A stretch of 64,000 bases of DNA from Eledone cirrhosa (lineage: Eukaryota): NCBI GenBank assembly GCA_964016885.1, contig OZ024740.1, positions 113,708,001 through 113,772,000 of the forward strand, read 5' to 3'. Made by a program: the position numbers and the translations under genes. The notes under the pieces are model-generated. The model was not told the origin of the DNA. It saw only the letters and a program-made list of their open reading frames with translations, and ran no database searches. Shown one piece after another: positions 50,481 to 64,000 of this stretch (its first letter is position 1; each line of letters starts with the position of its first letter).

Positions 50481-52974
50481 TATAATATATATAATATATA
50501 ATATATATATATATAATATATATATATAATATATATAATATATAATATATATATATATTTATGTAATATATACTATATATATATATAATATACAATATAT
50601 ATATATATATTTATATAATATATATATATATATTTATATAATATATAATATATATTTGTATAATATAATATATATATATATTTATATATATATTTATTTA
50701 TATAATATAATATATATATATATAATGTTCTGAAGTTATTGTTTTGGTAAAACATGAGCAAGCAGGAGAAAGCTCTCAACATTTGTAGTTTTTAGTTACG
50801 ATGGAAATTTTAGAAAAATAACAAAAATGATAATGCTGATGTTACATAAATCATTTAATCATAATTACTAGCATAAAAACCACCCTTCCGGTAGTTTTCT
50901 GCTAGCATGTGTAGTGTATATATTGATATTATACGCAAGTATATATGCATGTAGACATGATACATTAAATAAAATCGTAATTGACAATATACACAAATAT
51001 TGAACGAAGACTGCGTTACACTGTCTTATGTAATCAGTAACGTAATCCATGATACATTAAAAAAAGACGATATTATATATACTGCATTAGGAGAAAATTA
51101 GTGACGGATATATATGAGTGTTTATTTAAGCGATCGCTAACCGGAAGTGTTGATATTTGAAAATATTAAAGCAGTAAATTTTTAAATAAGCAATAAAATA
51201 TATTTAATCAACAGCTACGAAATTCAGTAGATAAATTATGTAATATTCATTCATTATTTATTCAAATAATCCAACTTATTTTAGTAGCTGGATTAAAAGA
51301 AATAAATCGTACGCAGTCCCGCACTGCTTACTTTATTATAGTTTAGATTTCCACAGTTCTCCATGCAGAAGGACATGTGTTTTTTTCCTGCCGGCAGCAC
51401 ATCAATAAATCGGTTTTCATCTGAGGATACCGTTCTCATAACAACAACAAATGCACGAAGAACTTCTCGATTGTATGGAGAATCGTGGAAATAATTAATA
51501 TGATTAAACGATTTATGTAACATCAGAATTATTATATATGTATATATATATATAGATATATATATATATATTCGTTTATTCTATTTATGCTTCCAGTCAA
51601 TTTGTCTCCGCCCATACTGTGGCATCCCCTGGCAAGGATTTAGTCGATTTCATCGGCCCTTGCGCTTATATACTCCAAGTTAGATTTCTTCATACACTTT
51701 TTTCTGCATCAACTCTCAAGAAAAGAAAAAAGCCCTAAATATGAAGTATCTATCAAACACGGGTTAGTTAGCCAGAACTGATTCTGCTGACGCCCTGTGG
51801 ATGATATTGTAATGATATTGATATTGAACAAAGGCTTGTAACAAGATATATAACACACACAATAGCAGTTATAGTCGATTATCTGGAAATTGCCCTGATA
51901 GGCAAGATTCGTGTACAGTTCAACAGCACAAACGTAGAATTTTATGGAGTTGAAGCTAGTTTACTTGATCTAATTGATTCTCGAGAAACGATTCTCCGGG
52001 ACAGGTACGAAATGTTAAAACTGAAAGCCGAGAACAAAGTTATCACGAACTACAAAGCGACAAAATGTAGGCCTGTATGACAATTCAAATCCCACATCAG
52101 TCTCAGAGGAAGTTGTCCCTTCTCCAGGAGTAAAGCTCAGGTGCAGGACTTCTAATGTCTAAAGCAGGTTAGTGTACGAATTGGTGCATACATGTAAAGC
52201 TATAGTAATATTACATGCTTACTTGATGTAGAGATAAGAATTGCAGCTGAGAACCTGCAAGTTTAGCTAAGTGGTGATGGACGAAATTGTCCATCTTGCA
52301 GGCCTCCCCACGACGTCACATCAGGCAGTTTAATTCTATTATGAATGGCTTGCTGATATATTTCCAAGTGATGACTTCTTATATTTAAAATTAACATTTA
52401 CTATCTGTTCAGGAAATATATCTTACAGCAAATTAGCAATCATAAAGATTTATCTAAGAATCACAATAGCCCACAAATGTAGAGTATGTAGAGAGTGAAG
52501 GTGATGCAGTTTGATAAGTTCATAAAAGATTCGCCGAGTGTAGGCAGGAATACGTTTTTGTAGATATTGCAGTGATGCATATTACCATAAGGAGACAAAA
52601 CTTATTCGATTTAGTATAGATAAAGTTATACATTGACAAATGAATTTAACTTTAATATGGTGGATATGATTCGTTTTTGCCTCAGATTTCAACACAGTTG
52701 CTAATGTCACTGTGGCAGCCCTGGCACCAAATTGTCAGTACATTATGTATAACATTTAATATTTGCATATACATTTACATTTACATTTACATACTGAGTA
52801 TTTTCATTTAACGTTTAAGTATTTATGTATTTTCATTTATATATTACTATGCTGTGGCATCGTTTCTTTGTTTCTCTATTCAACATTTGTTTGTATGTAT
52901 AAATTGTCAATTCTAATTACGTCCACTAAGTAGGGTCATATGTACTTCTGTGTAATAACATTTTTGTGTAGGGA

Positions 52975-53070
52975 GTTCGGGCACCGTGCCTGAAGTGCCC
53001 CGGTCATCCCAAAAGATCTAAATCCGACTCTACTTGCTTAGCTCAGATCAAGTTTGATCGGACATTTATG
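52975..53070 (-). pseudogene. Degenerate 5S rRNA-like sequence (5S pseudogene or SINE3 head)
   Basis: Minus strand CCGATC..TGATCT.AGCTAAGCA (box A)...TTAG...GGGATGACCG (box C-like)...CGGTGC, colinear with eukaryotic 5S rRNA. Confidence 0.5.
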
Positions 53071-54344
53071 TTTTGACTAATTTAATGTTAATTCATTTTA
53101 ATACAATCTTAGTTTGAATTATCGAATGTTGTTCAAAGAATGGAGCAATCTACATTGAAGAATGGAGTAATTTACATACCAGTAACTGCGTATTTTATAG
53201 ACACGTGCAGCCTTAACTTAATTCTAGGGAAGATATTGCGCGCATAGTGTATAACATGACTGACCTTTGAATTACAAGCACAGTCCATCCGACGAGCTTC
53301 CAGTGTCTATTTATCAAATTTCACTCGCATTGCTTTGAGTGCGTATGGAACTAATATAAGAGAGAATTACCCAAGATGTCACGAGGAAGAAACAAACCCA
53401 TGAATCTTATGAATGCGTAGCGAAATTCCTAACCATTCGGCTATGCTTCATTCATGTTACTTGCTTAATGTTGTTAGTAATTAGACGTTGAAAGAGGAAA
53501 AAATTGCAGTGAATGATAATGTGAATTTTGCACATCTTCACACAAAAAGAACGTTATTATATCTAAACATTTTTCAGAATATAACAATATATTTTCCACT
53601 AATTTCCCCCATTGTTCCTTATTGCCTCCTATATTAAATCACACCAGAGCACAACTATTCGTTCTTCAATTATTCTCAGATTGCTGAAACAATTCCAATA
53701 ATACATTATATGTATCGATCTTGCATCACCTTGTTAAATTACCAATCAGCCAGAAACATTTACATGCTTGCACACAAGCACACACACTTGTACGAAAAAA
53801 AAAAACGAAAACAAAATCAATACCGATGTGTCATTAATTACCTGATAATTAATGTATTCACAAGATTTGTTATTGTCTATTGTTTTTATATTTTTATTTA
53901 GTTATATTCTATTCTGGACTGAAGTACCAAACGATAATGGGAAAATCTTTTGACCCATCACCGAATAGTTTACAGATGTTCATCACTTAGTTGTGTTTGG
54001 TCTTCTTTTATCGTATGTAAATGTTCAATCTTTTATTATAGATGTTGTAGTTGTTTTATTTGACTAACGGTATTCTTTTATTGACCCTCCCTATGAATCA
54101 AAGGCTTGTTGGATCGATCAGGGCAGTTCTGGTGCTAAATAAACAACCAACGATGAGGTCAATGGACATTCGTGCGTTGAAATGATGTGAGCTCCAGTTG
54201 TTTAATGAATTAAACCACTTGCTCGAGAAGTTAACGGGTAAGCGGCTAAGAATTCTACTGATATATATACCCCTAACGTAATTCTCACGAAGATTCAACG
54301 TCACAGAATGGTTAATAATGCTGACATTTTAAATAATATGTACA

Positions 54345-54485
54345 ATTCATTTTTGCCAGCTTAGTAGAGTGATGCAGTGTCAAATTAAAAGCCTTGCCCG
54401 AGAATACAAAACGTCATTGGGAATGATATTCTCAGCCTTTCGATCTTGAGCCGAACACTCTAATAACCAAGCCACGCACCTTTAC
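54345..54485 (-). mobile_element. Old SINE family A copy (a similar degraded copy lies at ~53200-53450)
   Basis: AACCAAGCCACGCACCTTTAC head and CTTGCCCGAGAATAC core seen on the plus strand. Confidence 0.5.
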
Positions 54486-56263
54486 AATATCAACGGTAGA
54501 GCAATATTAACGATAATCGCCACAATACCCTGGATATAGACGCATCCGATAGAGTCGATTCTGTATGTTTATGAGATGAATTTATCAACAATGAGATATT
54601 CATTTCACAGTCAGAGATTATGATGCTTTATGGTGCAATGTGTTCTGTAGCAATGATATTTGACGCGGTCACGATTAGAATCCCTTGCGTTATAAATATG
54701 TTTGTTTGGGAATGACATTACGTCTTCAAATAGATGGGCGAGATCATTGCATCCGTCAAATAGAGCTGCCAGGCTATTGCATTCGCCAAATAGACTCGCG
54801 AGAAAGGTGTTCCATCGGGAATAACATTGATATCCGCCAAACATATCTGCTAGAAATACTGAACCTTCCTCCCTCATTGCAAGCTCTACAGATTTCTGTT
54901 TAACTAGATGGCAGCTAGACGTGAATACATTAGTAGCCAAACTTCCCTCAAATAGTATTTTTTAAATTTATTTATGTTTTGTATGCACACACACAAGCTC
55001 ACACACGCACACACACATATGTATATATAGTGCAGAAATTATTTTGTAAAGATATACAACGTGTGAGGCCCTAAGTCAGTGGGATGAGTTTTAATATTTC
55101 GTTAAATTCTTGAATAGAACGAAAACATCACACGGAGAAATGGTAGGGCACGATATTCGTTTAGAAAACTCAACCTATTCAACTTGCAGTGTTTCAACAA
55201 ATAAGAGAACTTTCGTTAGGAGATAGCATAGGACAGTTCTTGATTTTAGGAGAAAGTCATTTACTGTATAAAGTGTGTAGCTCCAAAACGGGTCAAAAGT
55301 ATGTGATTGATATTAGGTGACAAAATATTTATAATTAAAAATAGAAAAATATAAAAGTTCATGTGGGCCATCTTTTCAAAAGGAACTGAGAAGCATGCGG
55401 TCATCGTCGACCAAAAATATCCACATGGGTTTTTAGGGATCTTTCGTTTGTAGAACGGTTTCTGAGGATAAACGTCATCCATACATACATTTAGCACCTT
55501 AAAATAGCTGGTTGAATACACACATGCGTTTTCTAAAAAAAAAATATTTTCTTTGTTTCCACTTCTCACTTTATATCTTTCTATCTTTTCTTTTATTTCT
55601 CATTCTAACTCCTGCCCGAGAAAGAAAATATATTAAGAAAGTACACAAATAAAATTACGGTCAATGAAAATTATTTTTCCACAGTTACATAACAAAGTAC
55701 TGTTTCTATACTTCCGTACTCTATACTTTAAATATTACCATCTCTATATTACAGACCACCACATAATACATACACCTCCTTCAGCCCACAAATACTAGCA
55801 CGTATCCGAATTTGCTATTTCAAATGTACATCTTGAATTTATTTGTCATTGTTATACTACTTTTTTCGTGAGCTAGCGGTATAGTTGGCTCTACATTTAT
55901 CAGTGCCTTGACAACTCGTATAAATTCATGAAGAAGAGATCTCAATGTTAATCCATCTTCAATTCTGGATATATGATCAATATTGTGCTTTGAAATCTTA
56001 GGTAAGGCCCTTGTTCCGTTTGTAAACATATATAAATAATATAAGATATCATCTCCTCTTTTTAGTCAGGAGCAAACTGCGGCCTGTTCGACTTTCTGAA
56101 TGGCATGCATAATTTCAAAATTACTTTGAATGTTTTTTATTAGTCCGCCTTATGATGAATTGCATCATATGCGGCTTATTGCTCGAAAAGGTTTGACCAT
56201 GGCTGATCAATATGTATATATGAAAACGTTTGTTTGTGGATGAGTCTTTGTGTATGTGTGCGT

Positions 56264-56350
<87 letters not shown>

Positions 56351-56439
56351 TGTGTGTGTGTCTGCGTGTGTGTGCAACTAGTGTCGGTTCCGACCACAAT
56401 TGCTGCACTTGCTCGAACAGTATCTGCCCTCTAAACGTT

Positions 56440-56642
56440 GTTTTCAGAGAAATTCAGCATGGCACAAAGCGAGAAAACGCTGGCTATTTTAATTACAGTT
56501 AAAACTCATTTTTATTAGTTGAGTGTACTGGAGTAATGCAAAATAAAGTGTCTTGCTTAAGGACACGACACACAACCATACATTGAACTCACAACCTTAA
56601 AGATCGTGAGGTTAGCGCCGTACCCACTAAACCAAAGCCTCT
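56440..56642 (-). mobile_element. SINE family A copy
   Basis: AAATAAAGTGTCTTGCTTAAGGACAC...GAACTCACAACCTT...CCACTAAACCA on the plus strand. Confidence 0.7.
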
Positions 56643-57191
56643 ATTTACGTCGTTATAACGCTTCTTGCAATTTTCCGCAAACGTGTAATTATGTGTGTGC
56701 ATGCGTTAGCACTGGCTTATTAGTGTGTGTTATTTTGTTAAGTATTCATGAACACATATATGTTTGTATATACAAGACATATATGACCCCTATATATGTA
56801 AATGTATAACACACTGGAAGTGATCTTTTTTTCATTATTCGTCATAAAAAACGGTACTCGCTTTTTGAAGTCTATAATATGTATTGGAATTTATGTGAAA
56901 AGCTATAAAAAACCGCACTTAGTATTGGAAAAACAATAACAGTCGGTAGAACTTTACTGATTAGTTTTAAATAGTAATAGTTAGATTATCTTGTTAGTTT
57001 TGGTAAATTGATCTCATCTGATTACTGTATGATAGGTGTATGTACGTACGTAAGTATGTATGTATGTTTGTATGTATGTGTGTGTGTATTTATATATGTA
57101 TGGATGTATGTATGCTATGTACACACACAAATATATATATATGTGAATGTGCATAGATGTATGTGGTGTATTTATATATATATATATTTAA

Positions 57192-57287
<96 letters not shown>

Positions 57288-57403
57288 ATATAAAATATAC
57301 ATACACATGTATATATGCATACATATATATACAAACATGTTTGTGCGTGATTGTATATATATATACACACACGCACCCACAAACACACACACACGCACAC
57401 ACA

Positions 57404-57434
<31 letters not shown>

Positions 57435-58639
57435 GCATGTGTGTATCATGTACAACTAAATATATACTTACGTATAAACTTACTCATATATGTATATGTT
57501 TCCGATTGTGATGTGTGCTAAAGTTTCCATTTATTGTCATGAGGAGAAGACTTTCCTATGAATCATTATCACTCAGCAGGAAAACTAAAATCAATGACCA
57601 ATCATTAATCCTAGTTATCGTTGCAGTGTCACATGATTGACTCCTTGATATTAGTCATCTAATTTCATCACCCCTTTTGACGCAATTTTTGAGTAGTGTT
57701 TTTGGTTTATTATATGTTTTCTCTAATTACAAGACTTCTCATAACAGTGATTCTTTAATTTTTTTATGTAACTATCTGAGATAAAAAATATCCTTATCAT
57801 AAATGATACGAGTTCAAATCATGTTGAGGTCAAATTTGCATATCTGCCTTCCACAGTATATAATATATAGTAGCTGTCAAGAACGGAGGTCAATTGAATC
57901 AGCTTAATCCTCCCCAAAATTGCTGGGCTTGTGCTTAAATTAGAAGCATCAATTATCCACTGATACACTCAAGCAAGTGTTTTCCATCTGGTTGTTATAG
58001 AGACTATCTTGCAATGTTGTTTTCTGCAGCCACAGCAGACGCTGTTCTGGTAGTAAAACCTAAGCACGACACTTCATGCCCCTACCCATAATATGGATAC
58101 CCTCTCATTCCGTTCCTTCATGGGTAACTGATGAAAATGTTACAAAGAGTAGTGACGGAAAGGCATAACGAAAGAGAGCTAATAAGAAAGTTAATCAAAA
58201 TTCGAGAGAATGTTTTGTGTTTGGTAAACGAGGGTGTGTATAATTTCGCTATGGAACAAAAGATTAAAAAATACGTGTTAATCTTAACACTATAAAATAT
58301 CCCAATATAAAGCTTTTCTTTTATCTTTTAAAACGATTTACTGCGATTTGGGAGTAAATAAATAGCGTTCAAGCACAATAAGTGATTACAATATAATGTT
58401 CTTTATGTTGATAACTATATGTGTTTGCATGTATGCACTAGCTTTTGTATGTAAATGCATACACACACACACACATAAATATATATATATATATATACAG
58501 AGAGAGAGAGAGAGAGATTGTTAGACAGATAGATATAGATATATACTATTCTAGTAGGGAAGACAATCGATTAAGTTCTATTTTTTGTAATACCTCTAAA
58601 AGCTTGTATCAACTTACATTATGTGCCATTTTTCTGATA

Positions 58640-58823
58640 ACTGGATTGGCAGTATCGGTAGAGAGTCGGAAGCCATGCTTTCCAGCATAGTTACGTCCCT
58701 TTACGATCTGAGTTCAAATCCCGCCGAGGTTGACTTTGCCTTTCATCCTTACGGGGTCGATAAAATAAAGTACCAGTAATGCACTGGGTAATTTCTGGCC
58801 TTGTGCCTAAAGTAGAAACGATT
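58640..58823 (+). mobile_element. tRNA-derived SINE (family B); older copy ~57800-57955, 3' fragment 39124-39170
   Basis: TGGCAGTATCGG A-box, GAGTTCAAATCC B-box, GCCTTTCATCCTTACGGGGTCGATAAAATAAAGTACCAG domain, tail TGGCCTTGTGCCTAAAGTAGAAAC. Confidence 0.8.
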
Positions 58824-59696
58824 AAATATTTATAAAGCAGAATAATATACAATATTATTTGCTAAACAATTATTTACTATAACAAAATAAAAGTTTAAGA
58901 AAAAGATAAAGAGGGGAAATATTTAAAGAGGAAACAAACATATTAAAATAAATAATATTTCACAAGGAAATAATTTGTAAATTTTGCGGTATTGTTACTG
59001 AAGATGTGTGTGAAAGCGTTTTAATTTTAATATATATATCATTTACATATTGAATATGGAAACCATGACCTTGACGATAAATATTATCTTTTATTTTATG
59101 ATGTTTATAAATTGAATGTGGTGATGGATCTAATGCACTGCAATATGTTTCTCACGTTTTATGTCTTAACACCACATTCCTTAAAATATATTATCATTCA
59201 GAGAGTAGAATTGATATAATCGAATTTAATCCAGCCTAAATTGATACCAGGGCCTCCCGATGCGCAACACAACGTTACCTTGGGGGGTTGTTTGAGGGGT
59301 TAAGATTAAGGGTATTCGGGAGAGGGTGAAGCAAGGTCTATTACATAATGGGGGTGTAGTCGCTGTAGGTAATAATAGATACTAGACCACCTGTGACCCG
59401 TTGTGCACGTTCACTTAAAAATAATTTTTAAATAATTAAAATATAAACAGACATGTATATAAAGTAAAATGAAATTAGAAGGCCCTTATATATGTGTGTG
59501 TGAGAGAGAGAGAGTATGTGACCTACATACACTGGTCACACACACACATATATATATAGTTGTTATATAGTAAGGTGCATTATTGGTTGTGTAAAATGGT
59601 CCAATAAATTTATGTTAGCAATATTAAGTTCTCCACGCTTTTGTATATCTCCAATTCCATTCAAATGAACAGCTAGATGATGTAAACCTGAGTATA

Positions 59697-61039
59697 AGTA
59701 TCAACATGAAAATCGGAAGGCAAGGTAAAATTCCAATCATTTAATCACGACATGTTTCAATAAGAGATAGATCGATTGTGAAGCCATGATCGATTATCAC
59801 TCATCTCATCAGGTGCAAAAGAATTGTCTTCAACTGCCAACACAGAACCTCGAAAACCTTCCGCAGGATTTTTGAAAAGTAACCTACCACTAACTCCTCC
59901 CTCTCTACTTTAGCCATAGAGTTCTCTCAATAAACAGACAGTCACACACTCAGATAGTTAGACGGCTAAGATTGTTTGCGAACTTACAAACGATACTCGG
60001 CCTGTTTCCACGGAGTTCTCACAGATGAGTGCATTTTTTTAGAATACCTAGCTAGTAAATAGTTAGATTTATTACACACTTAGAATACCTAGTTAGTAAT
60101 TGATTGCACACTCAGGCATGACCAATTACGCGCACCTACCTTTACTTTAAGATACCCTAACCATTGAGTTCTCTCAGTTGGGATATAGCTGGTCGTATTA
60201 CACTCTTAGTTAGGACCGATTACGCTCTCTATACATAACTCTACACACAGTACCCGTTTCCTTTAGACATTGAGCTCCCAAAATTACGACTGTCACGTTC
60301 CTACCGACTGAACACTACACTAGGTTTTGATCCGTGATCATTTAACCATGGATGACTAACTGTTACGGATTGAACAATATTACTACATACCATTAATGGG
60401 CCTACACACATCCTCTGGATTTTACTACCCTGTTTTTTTACTTCACCTTCTGTGTTGGATAACACACCTCCACCATTCAAACAACTATCTTAAAAGTTCA
60501 TTGGCCCATATGACGGGAATCGCACTTACTGACGCATTTACCCAATACGCAACCCTACACGGAGCACCTTGCTGCCCTTCATTTAGGTTGCTTGCACGCA
60601 CGGATTTGGTGAATCGGATTCTCAATGGGACATACTGAGTTCGATATGAGCTGATTGCTTGCTCTTAACATGGATGTATGTGTACCCAGACATACCCTTT
60701 TTTTGGACGATTCGGATGTGTATATACCATAACATACACTTGAAGATATAGATGTTACAATTCAATCTATACACGTATAGCAGAACACTGAACTGAACTT
60801 ACTTGTTTGTGTGTTAACCCAATATTTCCAATTTACATCGTCAAATTGAGATTTGACTAGTATAGTATCTGTTGTTTTGTGAATTAACTTTCGGTGAATG
60901 CTATGTTGGTACATTCTTATATTTGTTTCCTTATATTTGTTTTTTTCTCTGACATCTCTTCGGTGTGTGTGAGAGTGTGTGTGTACCCACCCACACTAAC
61001 TGTGACCTTGTATAATTCTACAGGTTTGATACTGTGTTG

Positions 61040-61109
<70 letters not shown>

Positions 61110-61490
61110 CTTTCTTTGACCTCGAGCCGGTGTATATGGGTGTGGAGTGTGTGTGTACCCACTCACATTAACTATATCCCTACAGATTTGATTGATGTCC
61201 AGCGTCTTTTGCAGCGATAGAAATCCGACAACTTTTATGACCTCAACTGAAGTTAATAGCAGTCGCCGTGTCTCTGACTGGTGTGTCTTCATATAAGGGA
61301 ATGAATTCTGTTAGAGAACATCGTTATTTTTTTCTCCCTCATATCAAGAATTTGAAGACAATTCATTTTCACCTGATGAGATCAGTGATAATCGATCATG
61401 GTTTCACAATCGATCTATCTCTTATTTAAACATGTGTCGTGATTAAATGATTGGAATTTTACCTTGCCTTCGGATTTTCATTTTGATATA
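59697..61490 (+). mobile_element. ~1.8-kb non-coding element bounded by ~135-bp inverted repeats, each containing a hammerhead motif (non-autonomous PLE-like)
   Basis: ~59699-59833 is the reverse complement of ~61352-61489. Confidence 0.72.
59746..59815 (-). ncRNA. Type I hammerhead motif
   Basis: CAC-CTGATGA-GATGAG-tGATAatcgat...atcgatcTATC-t-CTTATT-GAAA-CATG-TC-GTG; palindromic ACATGT. The plus copy at 61370-61441 has GAAA->TAAA. Confidence 0.72.
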
Positions 61491-61614
61491 TATATATATA
61501 TATATACACACAAGCACACTTAGCAGAAAATATCCACAACACACATAGATATTGTAATGCTGTATTCGATTGTTTGACGTCACTTATTATAATTTCATTC
61601 AACAAGACCACAAG

Positions 61615-61654
<40 letters not shown>

Positions 61655-62049
61655 TACTCTCTCTCTTACCCTCTCTCTTCCATTTTTCTTCTCTTTCTCA
61701 TTCTCTCTATTTCTCTATGTCTCTCTTTCAACCTATTCTCTCATAACCACTATCTATTTATCTGTATTTTTCTTTCTCTCTATTCATGAAGTTACCCGAA
61801 AAAATTCCGTATCTCGGAACCCGTCACTCCATTCAACACCACCACACCACAACCACCCTCCACCACCACCATCCACCACCACCCTCCACTACCACATACT
61901 TTAAACTCCTGTAAAATAATTTAACAAAAGCCTTCCACCGAAAAAAAGAAAGATTTCCCCCACACCCCAGGGGTTCAACATGTGGGGAGGGGATGGAGAA
62001 CCCTGTTGTTCTTTACAGAAGAGGAAAACGTTTGTGGTTTCTAAGTAAA

Positions 62050-63530
62050 AAAATATTGTTGTGGGATATAGAGAGGGAGAAAGAATTTAGTGCTCTAGTG
62101 AGAGGGGGAAATGTGAGAGAGAGTGAGGTATGTAGTGGGATATAGACAGTGGGGAGCATTTGTTGGTTTAGTGAGAGGGTATTGTGAAAGTGAGAGAAAG
62201 TGAGGTATGTAGTGGAATATTGGAGGGTGAGAGAATTTGTTGGTCTAGTGAGAGAGGGAGAATTGTGAGAGAGAGAGATTGAGATATGTAATGGAATATA
62301 GAGAGCTGGAGAGAGTTTGTTGGTTTAGTTAAAGAAGTAATTAAGAGAGTGAAAGAGAGTGAGGTATGCAGTGGGATATAGAGAAGGGAGAGAAATTGGT
62401 TGTCTAGTCAGAGAGGGGGGATTGTGAGCGAGTGTAAGGTATGAAGTGGGTTATAGAGAGAGGGAGACAGTTTATTTGCCTAGTGAGAAAGGGAGTATTG
62501 TGAGAGTGAATATAGAGAGTTGAATATAGAGAGGGTAAGAGAATTTGGTGGTCTGGTGATAGAGGGGGAATTGTTAGCAAGAGTGTGATATATGTGGTGG
62601 AATATAGAGAGCGGGAAGGGGTTTCTTGAAGTGGTTAGATAGGGGAAATTAAGAGAATGAAAGAGATTGAGTTATGTAGTGGAATATAGTGGGAGTGGAC
62701 ATATTTTGGAGGTCTAGTGAGAGAGGGGGAATTATGAGAGAAAGTGAGCTATGTAGTGAGGTATTAAGCGAAAGAGAGACAGTTTGTTGTTTTAGTGAGA
62801 GAAGGGGGAATTGTTAGAGAGATTCAGGTATGCAGTGAGCTTAGAGAGAAGAAGTGAATTCGGCGGTCTATTAAGAGAGGGGGAATTGCGAGAGAGGGTG
62901 AGATATAGTTATGTAGTTGGATAGAGAGAGAGAGGGGGGGGGGGGCGTTTGTTGGTCTAATGAGAGACGAGAAGTAAAAAATGAGTAGAGTGAGGTATGT
63001 ATTGGAATATAGAGAGCGGGAGAGTATTTGCCGGTTTAGTGAAATAGAATGAGATATGTAGTGGAATATAGAGAAGGTGAGAGCATTTTGTAGTCTAGTG
63101 AGAGAGAAGGTATTTTGTGACTGAGAGAGAGTGAGGTGGGTAGTGGGATATAGAGTGCGGGAGAATGTTTGTTGGTTTAGTGAGAGAGGGGGAATTGTGA
63201 GAATGATGGAGAGTGATGTATGTATTGGTAATAGAGAGGGAGAGAAATTTTCGTGGTTTAATGAGAAAGGGGGAATTGTGAGAGTGACAGAAAGTGGCGT
63301 AAGCAGTGGGATATAGAAAGAGGGAGAGTGTTTTGTGGTTTAGTGAATGGGAATCGTGAGAGTGAGGTATGTAGTCAGATATATCAGATGGTGGGAGAGA
63401 GTTTGATGGATAATGATAGAGTGGGAGTACTGATCTAGTGAGAGTGAGTGAGGTATGTAGCGTTATGTAGAGAGGGTGAGAAAAGTATAATGTTTTAGTG
63501 AGAGAGGGGTAATAATTTGAGAGAGATTGA
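62050..63530. repeat. Diverged GA-rich minisatellite, ~70-77-bp unit, roughly 20 units
   Basis: Recurrent TTTGTTGGT(T/C)TAGTGAGAGAGGGGGAATTGTGAGAGAGAGTGAGGTATGTAGTGG(G/A)ATATAGAGAGGG. Confidence 0.88.
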
Positions 63531-63831
63531 CAAAAGTATTGTAGAAGGGAAGAATGTTTTAATATTGGGTTTCACGGTAAAGTGGCTCTGTATATGAGTG
63601 TGTGTGTTTATATGTATAGGTGTGTATGTGTTTATATGTATAGGTGTGTGTTTGTTTATATATATATGTGCGTGGTTGTATGTTTCAATATATATGAGAG
63701 TGTGTGTTGTTTATATGTGTGTGTGTTTATATATATTTGTGTGTTCATTTCACCAGCAGGCTCTCTCATTAATAGTATCAACTGGAACATTCGTCGTCGT
63801 AACCGTGTATGTGTGTGTGTGTGTGTGTATG

Positions 63832-63862
<31 letters not shown>

Positions 63863-63869
63863 GTTTGTC

Positions 63870-64000
63870 GGGTTCAATCGGGGGTAACCACAGTAAGTAA
63901 GGTACTCCATACATAGGCAGAGTATAAATATTTATAAGTAATACATATTTATATGGTTTGTACAGGACTAGAACTGTTTCATTCGGGAAAAATCTTCAGG
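63870..64000 (-). mobile_element. Second copy of the 39679-39886 family with hammerhead core, truncated by the window end
   Basis: Minus strand reads CTGAAGA-tttTTCccGAAt-GAAA-CAG-ttctagtc-CTG-TA-CAAACC; shared GGTAACCACAGTAAGTAAGGTACTC tail. Confidence 0.72.

Noticed and set aside
58120-58175. CTGATGA...GAAA in unique sequence
   Set aside because: Stem II is offset from the core and there is no stem I; probably chance.
59381-59412. Possible Helitron 3' end on minus (ACTAG...CCCGTTGTGCACG)
   Set aside because: The hairpin is incomplete and no matching 5' TC terminus was found.

Overview
AT-rich animal genomic DNA, intergenic or deep-intronic. No host protein-coding gene can be supported, and most ORF-track entries are translations of (TA)n/(CA)n microsatellites or off-frame pieces of transposons. 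The SINE families and microsatellite load suggest an octopod/cephalopod genome (inference). Recognisable elements: two different EN+ Penelope-like retroelements (RT plus C-terminal GIY-YIG, with inverted pseudo-LTRs), an internally deleted mariner, two non-autonomous Helitrons, four head-to-tail Tx1-type LINEs plus an R4/Dong fragment stacked in one (TTA)n tract (19.2-35.2 kb), further R4/Dong fragments, tRNA-derived SINEs, a degenerate 5S-like sequence and a GA-rich minisatellite. The most striking signal is non-coding: about 20 type I hammerhead ribozyme motifs, found by eye, belonging to at least 10 unrelated repeat families. These include two non-coding tandem retrozyme-like elements. One has a 471-nt monomer in nearly identical copies, with an inversion breakpoint 3 nt from the predicted cleavage site. 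The other has a 533-nt monomer at two loci, with circularly permuted ends and a compensatory base change. Several families carry non-canonical catalytic cores (U3-A8, U4A). All ribozyme calls are manual folds and no activity has been tested.
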